Shown here piece after piece: positions 10,277 through 19,394 of a DNA stretch of 64,000 nt. A program made the position numbers and the translations under genes. The stretch is from an uncultured virus (IMG/VR IMGVR_UViG_3300034104_004763) (Duplodnaviria > Heunggongvirae > Uroviricota > Caudoviricetes). The DNA is taken from the IMG/VR virus record IMGVR_UViG_3300034104_004763; one strand, written 5' to 3'. Within the stretch, counting starts at the first letter, position 1; each line of letters opens with the position of its first letter. The notes beneath the pieces were generated by a model that was given only the letters and a program-made list of their open reading frames with translations, did no database searches and was not told where the DNA came from.

Positions 10277-10532
10277 AAAATGGCCAAAGCAACACTTAAA
10301 TACGATATTTCAGATCCAGATGAAAATGTGGATTTTAAAAGAGCAGTTAAATCCTTTGATATGGCTATGGCTTTATGGGATATTCTTCAATTGAGAAACA
10401 AAATAGAAAATAGATTTGAAGTTCAAGATAATACCAACAATGATGTGTTTGATGGAATAGATGCAATGGCTGAAGGTATTGGAGATATTTTAGATCAACA
10501 TGGTATAATAATAGATGAATTATTAAATTAAT

Positions 10533-10871
10533 ATGAATTTCGTACTAGGATTTCTTTATGGCTTAATAGCCCAAATACTTACTTTCTTTCAATTACAAGG
10601 TCAGTTTAAATACGAATGGGCAAAAGAAAATCCATTTGTAATGTCTTTAATAGGCATTCCACTATCATTACTATACATACAATCAGTAAAGTATTTAGTA
10701 GTGCATTTTGATGGACAATTATGGCCATCACGGTTATTAGGATTTGCAATAGGGGCAATTGTATTTACTGGAATGTCTTGGGCTTGGTTTAGAGAGCCTC
10801 TATCTTTAAAAACTTTAATCTGTCTTGGATTAGCAGTTTGTATAATGTTAATCCAATTATTTTGGAAATAA
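10533..10871 (+). CDS. Small 4-TM membrane protein, DMT/SMR-like
   Basis: Four hydrophobic segments; WFREPLSLKTLICLGL resembles DMT C-terminus. Confidence 0.6.
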   Translation: MNFVLGFLYGLIAQILTFFQLQGQFKYEWAKENPFVMSLIGIPLSLLYIQSVKYLVVHFDGQLWPSRLLGFAIGAIVFTGMSWAWFREPLSLKTLICLGLAVCIMLIQLFWK

Positions 10872-11002
10872 GTTTGGAATTATAAAATAAAATTAATATA
10901 TTATATTTATGAAAAAAGATTACACTAAAGCAATTCTTTGGACTAGCATAGTAGCAATTACAGTAGCAATTTGGACAATAATTTACAACTTAATATTTTA
11001 AT

Positions 11003-11464
11003 ATGAAATTTCAATCAACAAAAATCTTTGACGGGTACTCTACAGTATTTCGTCAATGGAGAGCAGATGGTACTCATTGCCAATTCCTACATGGTTATGG
11101 TATTTCTTTCAAAATTATCTTTGAAGGAGACCTAGATGAAAGAAACTGGGTATGGGACTTCGGAGGAATGAAAAGAGCTAAAACTTGGATTGATGGTATG
11201 CAACCTAAAGAGTGGATGGACCATATGTTCGATCACACTACAATTATAGCAGAAGATGATCCATATTTAGAAAACTTTAAAGAAATGTGGAAAGATGGAA
11301 TAATTCAATTAAGAATAATTCCAGCTACAGGAGCAGAACAGTTTGCTAAATTCATCTACGATAAAGTATCTAAATTTATTAAAATAGAAACTAATAATAG
11401 AGTAAGAGTAGTGAGCGTAGAATTTAAAGAACATAGTAAAAACTCAGCAATATATGGAGAGTAA
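11003..11464 (+). CDS. queD: 6-carboxytetrahydropterin synthase
   Basis: CQFLHGY, WVWDFG, FDHT, terminal E-H-x-x-NSAIY; adjacent to queE. Confidence 0.85.
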   Translation: MKFQSTKIFDGYSTVFRQWRADGTHCQFLHGYGISFKIIFEGDLDERNWVWDFGGMKRAKTWIDGMQPKEWMDHMFDHTTIIAEDDPYLENFKEMWKDGIIQLRIIPATGAEQFAKFIYDKVSKFIKIETNNRVRVVSVEFKEHSKNSAIYGE

Positions 11465-12239
11465 ATTAAAAAGAATAGAAGATTATAACAAAACACTCCC
11501 TATTGTAGAGCTTTACACAGCAGTACAATCAGAAGGAAGTAGAGCAGGTTATCCAACCGTAGTAATAAGAACAACAGGCTGTACTCACAGATGTTGGTTT
11601 GGTGATGGAGGTTGGTGTGACAGTTGGTACACTAGTATACATCCTGAGAAAGGACATATCAGTTTCCAAGATATTATTAACATGTATGATGCAAATCCTC
11701 ACATCACAGAGATGATGTTAACAGGAGGATCACCTACAATGCATCCAGCATTAGTAAATGAATTAACACATTTTGCACATGATAGAGGAATATTTATTAC
11801 TATTGAAACCGAAGGGAGTCACTTTTTGGAGACTGATTACCCTATTAACTTACTTAGCATTAGTCCTAAATTTTCTAATTCTGTTCCTAAAGTGGGGGTA
11901 TCGACACCTCAAGGGGACATCGTTGATGAGAAAATGATCAAGCAACATAATAAGTTAAGACTTAACTACGATGCAATTTCTAAATCAATTGCTTATCATT
12001 CTGATTATCACTTAAAACCAGTATGGGATGGAGAAGATCAAGAAGCATTAGCTGAAATTATGGCTTGTATTAAGATGTTAGACATTCCAGAAGAAAAAGT
12101 ATGGTTTATGCCAGCAGGAGATTCAAGAGAAGCTTTATTCAAATCATATCCAAAAATGTTTGATTGGGTTAGAGATAATGGATATAGATTGACATGGAGA
12201 CCACACATTATAGCTTTTGAAAGTGAGAGATGTGTGTGA
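11454..12239 (+). CDS. queE: 7-carboxy-7-deazaguanine synthase (radical SAM)
   Basis: VQSEGSRAGYPTVVIRTTGC, LTGGSP, IETEG and SISPK motifs. Confidence 0.88.
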   Translation: MESKLKRIEDYNKTLPIVELYTAVQSEGSRAGYPTVVIRTTGCTHRCWFGDGGWCDSWYTSIHPEKGHISFQDIINMYDANPHITEMMLTGGSPTMHPALVNELTHFAHDRGIFITIETEGSHFLETDYPINLLSISPKFSNSVPKVGVSTPQGDIVDEKMIKQHNKLRLNYDAISKSIAYHSDYHLKPVWDGEDQEALAEIMACIKMLDIPEEKVWFMPAGDSREALFKSYPKMFDWVRDNGYRLTWRPHIIAFESERCV

Positions 12240-12260
12240 TAATATTTAAAGATTAAAAAT

Positions 12261-12848
12261 ATGGAAAATCAAATTACAAAAAGAATGATGGACATTGTAG
12301 GTCCAGTTACAGATGAGCGACATGCTTTTGGTAAATACAAACAGGAACCTAACCCAGGAGGTTATAATGTAGTAGCACTAACAGATAAGCAAATACAGCA
12401 AGTAGAGCAGTTAGTGATAGATCACTACAAAGTAAAAAAAGTACTCTGGATGGAAATACCATCAGGACTAACTGAAGATGGAGAGCAAGCAATAGTTGCT
12501 CAAACACACAAACTACTAGATACAGATATCCTATACGAAGGAAAGACTGCTTATGTATATCAAATTCTCTTTACTCCTAAAATGTATGATCCTAAAACAA
12601 TACATCAACCAGTAAAGGATGGATGTACATTCGGACCTCTACTATATAATCCTGAAACATTCGAACCTTCAAGATCAATAACAATTACATTTAGCCCTAC
12701 CTTTCCACAAGATATAGATAGTAAAGAAGATCAGGAACAAGTAATGAAACAATTTTTACATGATAAACTTGACAAAGTTCTAACAAATCCAGAAGAGTAT
12801 ATACCAGAAGCTTTCAGAGGATGCATGCTAAGATTTGCAGCAAAATAA
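12261..12848 (+). CDS. Hypothetical protein inserted after queE
   Basis: 195-aa ORF with no recognised motif. Confidence 0.55.
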   Translation: MENQITKRMMDIVGPVTDERHAFGKYKQEPNPGGYNVVALTDKQIQQVEQLVIDHYKVKKVLWMEIPSGLTEDGEQAIVAQTHKLLDTDILYEGKTAYVYQILFTPKMYDPKTIHQPVKDGCTFGPLLYNPETFEPSRSITITFSPTFPQDIDSKEDQEQVMKQFLHDKLDKVLTNPEEYIPEAFRGCMLRFAAK

Positions 12849-13047
12849 AAGAGAGGTATAATGAGATTAAAAGAAGCACATATGACAGAATTTGATTTAC
12901 TAAACGCTGTGTGGTGGCTTTATTGTAATCAAAAAATTATTAAAGAAGAAGTAAAATTCTATGTAGAAGATTTGGATCTTGAATTAGAATTTATTACATT
13001 AGACGGATATAAATTTATAAGTACAGATAAAAAAACAACTTATTCTT

Positions 13048-13743
13048 ATGACAGAAAACAGAAAAAAAATTCATAACAATTTAGAAATCGTTCCTGTAGG
13101 TTATGCAAACGGTATAGCACCAGGTTTTCCTCTTACCGAAAGGGAAAAACAATACATGATTGAAGATGCAGCCGAAGCATATGGTCAATTTTTAGATGCA
13201 TTAGGATGCGACTGGAGAAATGATCCAAATTCAGCAGATACACCAAGACGTGTAGCTAAAGCTTATGTTAATGATTTATGGAAAGGTAGATACACTCCAA
13301 TGTCTGAAATTACCTCATTTCCTTCAGATGGTTATGATGGAATTGTAATCGAAAGAAATATTCCATTAACTTCAATGTGCTCACACCACCACCAAACAAT
13401 TGGAGGAGTAGTACATGTTGGTTATGTAGTAGGTGAAAATGGTAGAGTAATTGGTTTATCTAAATTAAATCGAATTGTAGAACACTTTGGACGTAGAGGA
13501 GCAATTCAAGAGCAATTAACTTCAGCTATTCATCAAGCAGTAGATAAGATTTGTGAAAATAATAGAGGTGTAATTGTTTCTATTGTTGGTACTCATAATT
13601 GTGTATCTTGTAGAGGTGTTAAACATCAAGGTGCTTCAATGGTTACTACTAAAGCATCAGGTGTGTTTATAGAAAATGGAAATTTAGCTAGAGAAGAGTT
13701 TTTTGACTCAATTAAAATTAATAACGGTAATCACCCAGTATAA
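13048..13743 (+). CDS. folE: GTP cyclohydrolase I
   Basis: TPRRVAK, SMCSHH, GLSKLNR, QEQLT, HNCVSCRG motifs. Confidence 0.95.
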   Translation: MTENRKKIHNNLEIVPVGYANGIAPGFPLTEREKQYMIEDAAEAYGQFLDALGCDWRNDPNSADTPRRVAKAYVNDLWKGRYTPMSEITSFPSDGYDGIVIERNIPLTSMCSHHHQTIGGVVHVGYVVGENGRVIGLSKLNRIVEHFGRRGAIQEQLTSAIHQAVDKICENNRGVIVSIVGTHNCVSCRGVKHQGASMVTTKASGVFIENGNLAREEFFDSIKINNGNHPV

Positions 13744-14147
13744 TGGCTTTAAGAGTTCATAATAAAATTTATTTAGGTTGGGATGATATTAATGATCTAG
13801 TTAACACATTATGTGAAAAAATCATTACTGATTTACCTAATATTGATTCAGTTCATGGTATAAAACGCGGTGGGTTAATTCCCGCCGTGTTAGTATCACA
13901 TAAATTAGGTTTACCTTGGTCTGATGTGATGTTACCTAATACTTTAGTAATAGATGATATTTGCGATACAGGAGTAACATTAAAAAACACAGTTGGTGTT
14001 TATACAGCAGTTTTATATCATAAACCTCATACCTCCTGTTACACCCCTAATATTTATGCTCAAAAACATGATGGTGATGAATGGATAATTTTCCCATGGG
14101 AAAAGAAAGATTCAGAATCAATACAAGATTATTTAAAAACAAATTAA
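13743..14147 (+). CDS. Type I phosphoribosyltransferase (Gpt-like)
   Basis: GIKRGGLIPA, LVIDDICDTGVT PRPP motif, WIIFPWE. Confidence 0.88.
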   Translation: MALRVHNKIYLGWDDINDLVNTLCEKIITDLPNIDSVHGIKRGGLIPAVLVSHKLGLPWSDVMLPNTLVIDDICDTGVTLKNTVGVYTAVLYHKPHTSCYTPNIYAQKHDGDEWIIFPWEKKDSESIQDYLKTN

Positions 14148-14345
14148 AACATGGCAACAACTGAACAAATTTTACAAATCACAGAAGTTATTTCAAATTT
14201 AGGAAAAGATCTTTCAACAGCAAATGAATCTAAAACAACTGCTTCACCTGAAGATTTACCTTCTATAGAAGAAAATATTCAATATCTTAAATCTGTCTTA
14301 CAAGAACATAAAAATAAACTAGAAGAACTTATTTCTAAATAATAA

Positions 14346-14732
14346 ATGGCAGAGAATTTTGATCCAAATGCTCCTTCAAGAGGGTTAGGTGATACAATTG
14401 CTAAATTTACTCATGCAACTGGTATAGCTAAAGCTGTAGAAGTTGTAACAGAAGCGTTAGGTATAGAAGATTGTGGATGTGGGGGAAGACAAGAATGGGC
14501 TAATAATTTAGTTCCATATGATCAGCCTAACTATAATGTTCATTATGATCCTAATAATACAGCTGAAGTAGAAGAAGGAATATATGAGGTAATATATGAA
14601 ATTCATGCTTCTAAAGAAGGTAATAGTTTTGATTATAAAGTAGGCGAAAAAGTTTTGATAAACGAAAATCATTTATTATATTCAAGTTGGTCTTATTACA
14701 TAATGATAGGTGCAGTTAAAAAAATAAATTAA
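14346..14732 (+). CDS. Hypothetical protein (GLGD...CGC..R motif)
   Basis: RGLGDTIAKFTHATGI...DCGCGGRQ. Confidence 0.55.
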   Translation: MAENFDPNAPSRGLGDTIAKFTHATGIAKAVEVVTEALGIEDCGCGGRQEWANNLVPYDQPNYNVHYDPNNTAEVEEGIYEVIYEIHASKEGNSFDYKVGEKVLINENHLLYSSWSYYIMIGAVKKIN

Positions 14733-14740
14733 ACAAAGTT

Positions 14741-15265
14741 ATGATTACAAATCCAAAAGTACCTTTTATTGACGAGGTAGAAGAATTTAACGCCGTAATG
14801 GGCAAACCCAACAATTATGAACCACATATCCCCGAACCAAAAGAATGGGAATTTGTATACAATTTCATCCTTGAGGAACTTGAAGAATATAAAGAGGCTT
14901 GCGAGAAAGGAGACATCATTGAGGTTCTGGATGCTTTGTGTGATATTACTTATGTTGCCACTGGGAACGGTACTATGTTACATGGCCTTAAGGATAAGAT
15001 ATGGCCGGCATATCAAGAGGTACAAGCTTCAAATTTATCAAAAGCTTGCAGAACTGAAGACGAAGCTAAAGCAACTGTCATTCAAAGATCGAGTGAGCAA
15101 GGTGAAGAATGTCATTACGAAAAAGTTGGAGACTATTTTATTGTTTATAGATCAAGAGACAGAAAAGTAATGAAAAATGTAAATTACTTTAAACCAGACT
15201 TAAAACAATTCTTCACAGATAAAGAAATTCAAAAAACTCATTTAAAACAATTAACAGGAAATTAA
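14741..15265 (+). CDS. All-alpha NTP pyrophosphohydrolase (MazG/HisE-like)
   Basis: ILEELEEY...EVLDALCDITYV...EVQASNLSK...KVMKNVNYFKPDL. Confidence 0.85.
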   Translation: MITNPKVPFIDEVEEFNAVMGKPNNYEPHIPEPKEWEFVYNFILEELEEYKEACEKGDIIEVLDALCDITYVATGNGTMLHGLKDKIWPAYQEVQASNLSKACRTEDEAKATVIQRSSEQGEECHYEKVGDYFIVYRSRDRKVMKNVNYFKPDLKQFFTDKEIQKTHLKQLTGN

Positions 15266-15279
15266 CTAAAAAATAAAAC

Positions 15280-15657
15280 ATGATAACAGCAATAATACTT
15301 TTAGCAATAATAATAGCAATCGCAGCCTACCTAACCCATACCCTTCACAAAGATGAGAAAGATGATGACTTTTTACTAAGTCCACCACCAACCTACACCA
15401 AAGAGGAACTAGACAACATTAAACTTGCAGAGGAATTGTACAACAAGGATTTAAGACCTGTAGTAGCTAAGAAAGCTAAACCAGCCCCAGAACTTGAAGT
15501 AGTTGAACCCGAGTTTGTAGCAAAGGAAGAAAAAGTATTTTCTGATGATGCAGTTATTAACACAGAAGCAATAAAAGAAATAAAGGAAGCAAAATCAGAG
15601 TTTCCAATCGACAAACCAAAGAAAAAAAGAAAATATTATCCTAAAAAAACAAAATAA
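15280..15657 (+). CDS. Membrane-anchored hypothetical protein
   Basis: N-terminal TM helix and basic C-terminus. Confidence 0.55.
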   Translation: MITAIILLAIIIAIAAYLTHTLHKDEKDDDFLLSPPPTYTKEELDNIKLAEELYNKDLRPVVAKKAKPAPELEVVEPEFVAKEEKVFSDDAVINTEAIKEIKEAKSEFPIDKPKKKRKYYPKKTK

Positions 15658-15675
15658 TATTAAATAAAGGTTATA

Positions 15676-17406
15676 ATGAGTTATAAAAATATAACAACTA
15701 CTTCATTAGGTAAAAATAGATATAATATTACTTTATGGACTGATGATGGGGTAGAACAACATGAATTCCAAAATTATGCATATGAAGTGTGTAGCCAAAA
15801 CCAGGCTACACATTTTGGTCTAAACGGAGAACCTTTAAAAAAAGTAACTTATTGGGAAGGGAATAATCCATTTATTCATTATCATGATATGCCTGTTCAT
15901 CAAAAGTTTTTGATTGACAAATACGGCATAAATGATGAACCTTCTACTACTCATCAAGAAATATTCTTTGATATTGAGATTGAAATGGGTGGTGCACTTA
16001 CACCTGAGTATATTAGAAAAGCACCTAAACCAGTTACATCAATTGCTTGGTGGCACAAACAAGAGGATAAGTGGTATATTCTAATTTTAGATAAAGAAAA
16101 TAAAATTGAAAAAACTACTATAGGGAATAAGCACATTATTCCTGTACCTAATGAAAGAGAGTTATTAAATAAATGGTTAAATTATTTAAATAAAGTTAAT
16201 CCTGATATTTTAATTGGTTATAATAGTGATTATTTCGATATACCTTACCTATATTATAGAATCTTAAATCAATTAGGTGAACGTAGAGCTAGTGCTTTAT
16301 CTCCAATAGGTAAAGTTAAAGAACAAAAGTATACTAGAGATGATGGAGTTGCAATTTATAATGAAGATCAACCAATAAGAATAGAAGGAATGTATTCTCT
16401 TGATTATATTCGTTTACATAAAAAATATTCATTTGCTGATGAACCTTCTTACAAATTAGATTCATTGGGAGAAAAATATTGTAAATTAGGTAAAATTGAA
16501 TATGAAGGTAGTTTAGATAGATTATTTGAAACTGATAAAGATAAATTCATTGAATATAACTTTCGAGACGTTGAAATCCTAAAAGCATTAGATAATAAAT
16601 TCAATTATATCAGTTTAACTAAAAATCTAGCACATAAAGGTAAAATTCACTATGATGATGTTTATCAATCATCTAAAATTCATGATGGTGCTATTTCAGC
16701 CTTCTTATTATCAGAAGATATAATTCCACCTTCACGTGATAGAAACCCAATTAAAAAAGCTAATTATGCTGGTGGTTATTTGTTTTGCCCTAAAGCAGGT
16801 TTATACCGCTATATGTTTGATGAGGATTTAACTTCACTATATCCTTCAATTATTATGTCTTTAAACATTGGTAAGGAAACATTAGTAGGTAGAATTATTG
16901 ATTTGAACGATAGAAACAATCACTTAGGTCTAAATGACTTAATAAATGATACTGAAGATAAACCGCGTACTACTGAATGGTTTACTAACAAAGATAAATT
17001 CAATAAAATTGATTGGACTTCTTCTAAAATAGTTAAACTACTCCAACAATATAATTTGGCTATCTCAGCAAATGGTGTTATCTTTCGTACAGATAAAGAG
17101 TCCGTATTATCAACTATCTTAAATAAATGGTTTGATGAAAGGGTTTTATATAAAAACTTAATGAAAAAAGCTTACAAAGCCGGAGACACAATAGGAGGTG
17201 AAAAATATCATTTATTACAATATACAATGAAGATCTTACTTAACTCACTTTATGGTGCTACAGCATTACCAACATTTAGATATGGTAATGTAATTTTATC
17301 AGAAGCAATTACATTAAGTGGTCAACGCATTATTCAAGAATCAGCACTTTGTGCTAATAGACATATGAATCAAGTAATTAGAGGTGAAATTAAATTAGAG
17401 ATATGA
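15676..17406 (+). CDS. polB: Family B DNA polymerase, N-terminal half (3'-5' exonuclease, motifs A and B)
   Basis: FDIEIE, GYNSDYFDIPY, YNFRDV, DLTSLYPSII, KILLNSLYG; lacks motif C. Confidence 0.92.
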   Translation: MSYKNITTTSLGKNRYNITLWTDDGVEQHEFQNYAYEVCSQNQATHFGLNGEPLKKVTYWEGNNPFIHYHDMPVHQKFLIDKYGINDEPSTTHQEIFFDIEIEMGGALTPEYIRKAPKPVTSIAWWHKQEDKWYILILDKENKIEKTTIGNKHIIPVPNERELLNKWLNYLNKVNPDILIGYNSDYFDIPYLYYRILNQLGERRASALSPIGKVKEQKYTRDDGVAIYNEDQPIRIEGMYSLDYIRLHKKYSFADEPSYKLDSLGEKYCKLGKIEYEGSLDRLFETDKDKFIEYNFRDVEILKALDNKFNYISLTKNLAHKGKIHYDDVYQSSKIHDGAISAFLLSEDIIPPSRDRNPIKKANYAGGYLFCPKAGLYRYMFDEDLTSLYPSIIMSLNIGKETLVGRIIDLNDRNNHLGLNDLINDTEDKPRTTEWFTNKDKFNKIDWTSSKIVKLLQQYNLAISANGVIFRTDKESVLSTILNKWFDERVLYKNLMKKAYKAGDTIGGEKYHLLQYTMKILLNSLYGATALPTFRYGNVILSEAITLSGQRIIQESALCANRHMNQVIRGEIKLEI

Positions 17407-17554
17407 AAAAATTAGGATTTGAAACTCAAGATAATGGAGTAATATTTACAACCACTCTACCAGCACGTTGGATTGCTGATCTATTAGTTAGGTTGGGGTA
17501 CTTAACAAAACTGTTTAAGTACTGTTATGTAATAAATAAAAAACACTTAATATA

Positions 17555-17818
17555 ATGGCATTAAAAGGACAATCAATTAGAAACGGGGTTACTATTAACG
17601 TAAATGGAGTTAAAGCTGAAAAACAATTAGTTATTGAACTATCTGAAAATTGGGATGCTTCACAAGAAAAATTCTTTAAGAAAATGTTACAGCAAGGAGG
17701 TAAATGTAAAGTTAATGGAAACTCATTTGAAATAATTCTTAAAGAAAGATCAGATATAGATTCAAAAGGAAACAGACCAATTAACCTACCACCAGTACCA
17801 GGAGAAAGAACATTTTAA
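17555..17818 (+). CDS. Hypothetical protein between the polB halves
   Basis: 87-aa ORF; a ~50-aa ORF (17403-17555) precedes it. Confidence 0.6.
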   Translation: MALKGQSIRNGVTINVNGVKAEKQLVIELSENWDASQEKFFKKMLQQGGKCKVNGNSFEIILKERSDIDSKGNRPINLPPVPGERTF

Positions 17819-17819
17819 T

Positions 17820-18755
17820 ATGAAGCATTTAGAAGATACTCCATGGTGGATATGTGATGAAGGTGATTTTAACTTTTGTGCCTATGTGGACACAGACTCT
17901 AATTACTTTAATGCTGAGCCTTTATTAAAGTATCTATACCCTGATTTTGATGAAAAGCCTGACCAGGAAAAAGATGATTTACTAGAGAAAGTAGCTCTTA
18001 AATACCAAGATATTATAACAGAACATTATAACACACTCGCTAGAGACGCCTTTAATATTACTACACACCGATTAGAAATGAAAACCGAGTGTGTTATTCG
18101 TTCTGCTTACTTTAGAGCCACAAGACGTTATGCTCAATGGATTACTAAAAAAGAAGGTATAGCTAAAGAGGAGTTAGATATTAAAGGATTAGAATTTAAA
18201 AAAGCTAATTTCCCAAAATATTTTGGTAAGTTTTATCAAGAAATTCTTGAACTAATTATTAAAGGTACTGCACAAAGTATTGTTGATAAAAAAATTCATG
18301 AATTTAGACAAGAAGCTACTTCATCTGATGTTGACTTTACTTTAATTGGTAATCCTACATCTGTTAAAACTTTAAATGAGTATGTAGCTGCTCATCCTAG
18401 ACCAGGTAAAATACTATCTGAAATAAAATCCGGAGCAGGTGCTTCTGTTAAAGCTGCTGTTAAACATAATGACCTATTAAGATTTTGGCAATTAGATTCT
18501 AAACACAGTCAAATAGTACAGGGTGATAAAGTAAAATGGGTTTATTTAAAAAACAATCCTTACAATATAGAAGCAATTGCCTTTTTAGAATTTGATATGG
18601 CTGATAAAATTAAAGATTTTATTAATGAATACATTGATAGAGGTAAAAGTTTTGAAACTATATTACAGAAAAAATTACAAGGGTTTTATACAGATCTTGA
18701 ATGGGTACTTCCGCCAAGTAATCCTAATATCTTTAAATTCTTTATGTTTTCCTAA
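17820..18755 (+). CDS. polB: Family B DNA polymerase, C-terminal half (motif C, thumb)
   Basis: YVDTDS motif C, RRYA, IKGLE. Confidence 0.9.
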   Translation: MKHLEDTPWWICDEGDFNFCAYVDTDSNYFNAEPLLKYLYPDFDEKPDQEKDDLLEKVALKYQDIITEHYNTLARDAFNITTHRLEMKTECVIRSAYFRATRRYAQWITKKEGIAKEELDIKGLEFKKANFPKYFGKFYQEILELIIKGTAQSIVDKKIHEFRQEATSSDVDFTLIGNPTSVKTLNEYVAAHPRPGKILSEIKSGAGASVKAAVKHNDLLRFWQLDSKHSQIVQGDKVKWVYLKNNPYNIEAIAFLEFDMADKIKDFINEYIDRGKSFETILQKKLQGFYTDLEWVLPPSNPNIFKFFMFS

Positions 18756-18812
18756 TTATATTTGATATTTATAATAAGACGGGAAATCACCCGTCTTGTA
18801 AAATACAATATT

Positions 18813-19349
18813 ATGGTAATATATCAAATTGAAAATTTAATTAATGGTAAAAAGTATATTGGTAGAGATTCTTTAAATAGACCTGGGTATCTAGGAGGAG
18901 GAACTGCTATTAAAAACGCTATTAAAAAATATGGTAGAAAAAACTTTAGTAAGATTATTATTGAAGTTTGTAAAGATTATAAACATCTCTTAGAAAGAGA
19001 AGAATATTGGTTAAATTTTTATAATGTAGTTAATAATCCTAATTTTTATAATATGATTACATCTTCAAATGGGTGGGAAAAAGGTAAACCAAGACCTGAA
19101 AAATTAGGTAAACCAAGAAGTCAAGAAACCAAAGATAAGATTAGTAAAGCTGGTAAAGGTAAAACAGGTAAAACATCTGGCAAACCTATTCCTGTAATAC
19201 AATATAAATACGAAATTATTAAAACAAAAATAGCTGAATTTCCTTCAGCTGCCGAAGCATCTAGAGTAACAGGAATATTATCTTGTGATATAAGAGCCGT
19301 AATAAAAGGAAAACAAAATACAGCAGGGGGTTTTATATGGGGTAAATAA
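18813..19349 (+). mobile_element. GIY-YIG homing endonuclease (Seg-like) with NUMOD3/NUMOD1 motifs
   Basis: MVIYQIENLINGKKYIG; RSQETKDKIS; TAGGFIW. Likely start is ATG 18813 rather than 18762. Confidence 0.85.
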
Positions 19350-19394
19350 CCTCCAGCAAATCCACTAATACATAAATTTTTTACATTCAACTAA
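19350..19394 (+). repeat. Orphan duplicate of polB-C 3' end
   Basis: PPANPLIHKFFTFN* versus PPSNPNIFKFFMFS* (18711-18755); its TAA overlaps the next ATG. Confidence 0.88.

Noticed and set aside
14817..15170. Overlapping + strand ORF inside the NTP-PPase gene
   Set aside because: Alternate-frame shadow with no motif or initiation signal.
17403..17820. Group I intron, intein or ribosomal hop joining the polB halves
   Set aside because: The gap is filled by tightly packed ORFs, no intron core or intein termini were seen, and 413 nt is far longer than known bypass gaps.
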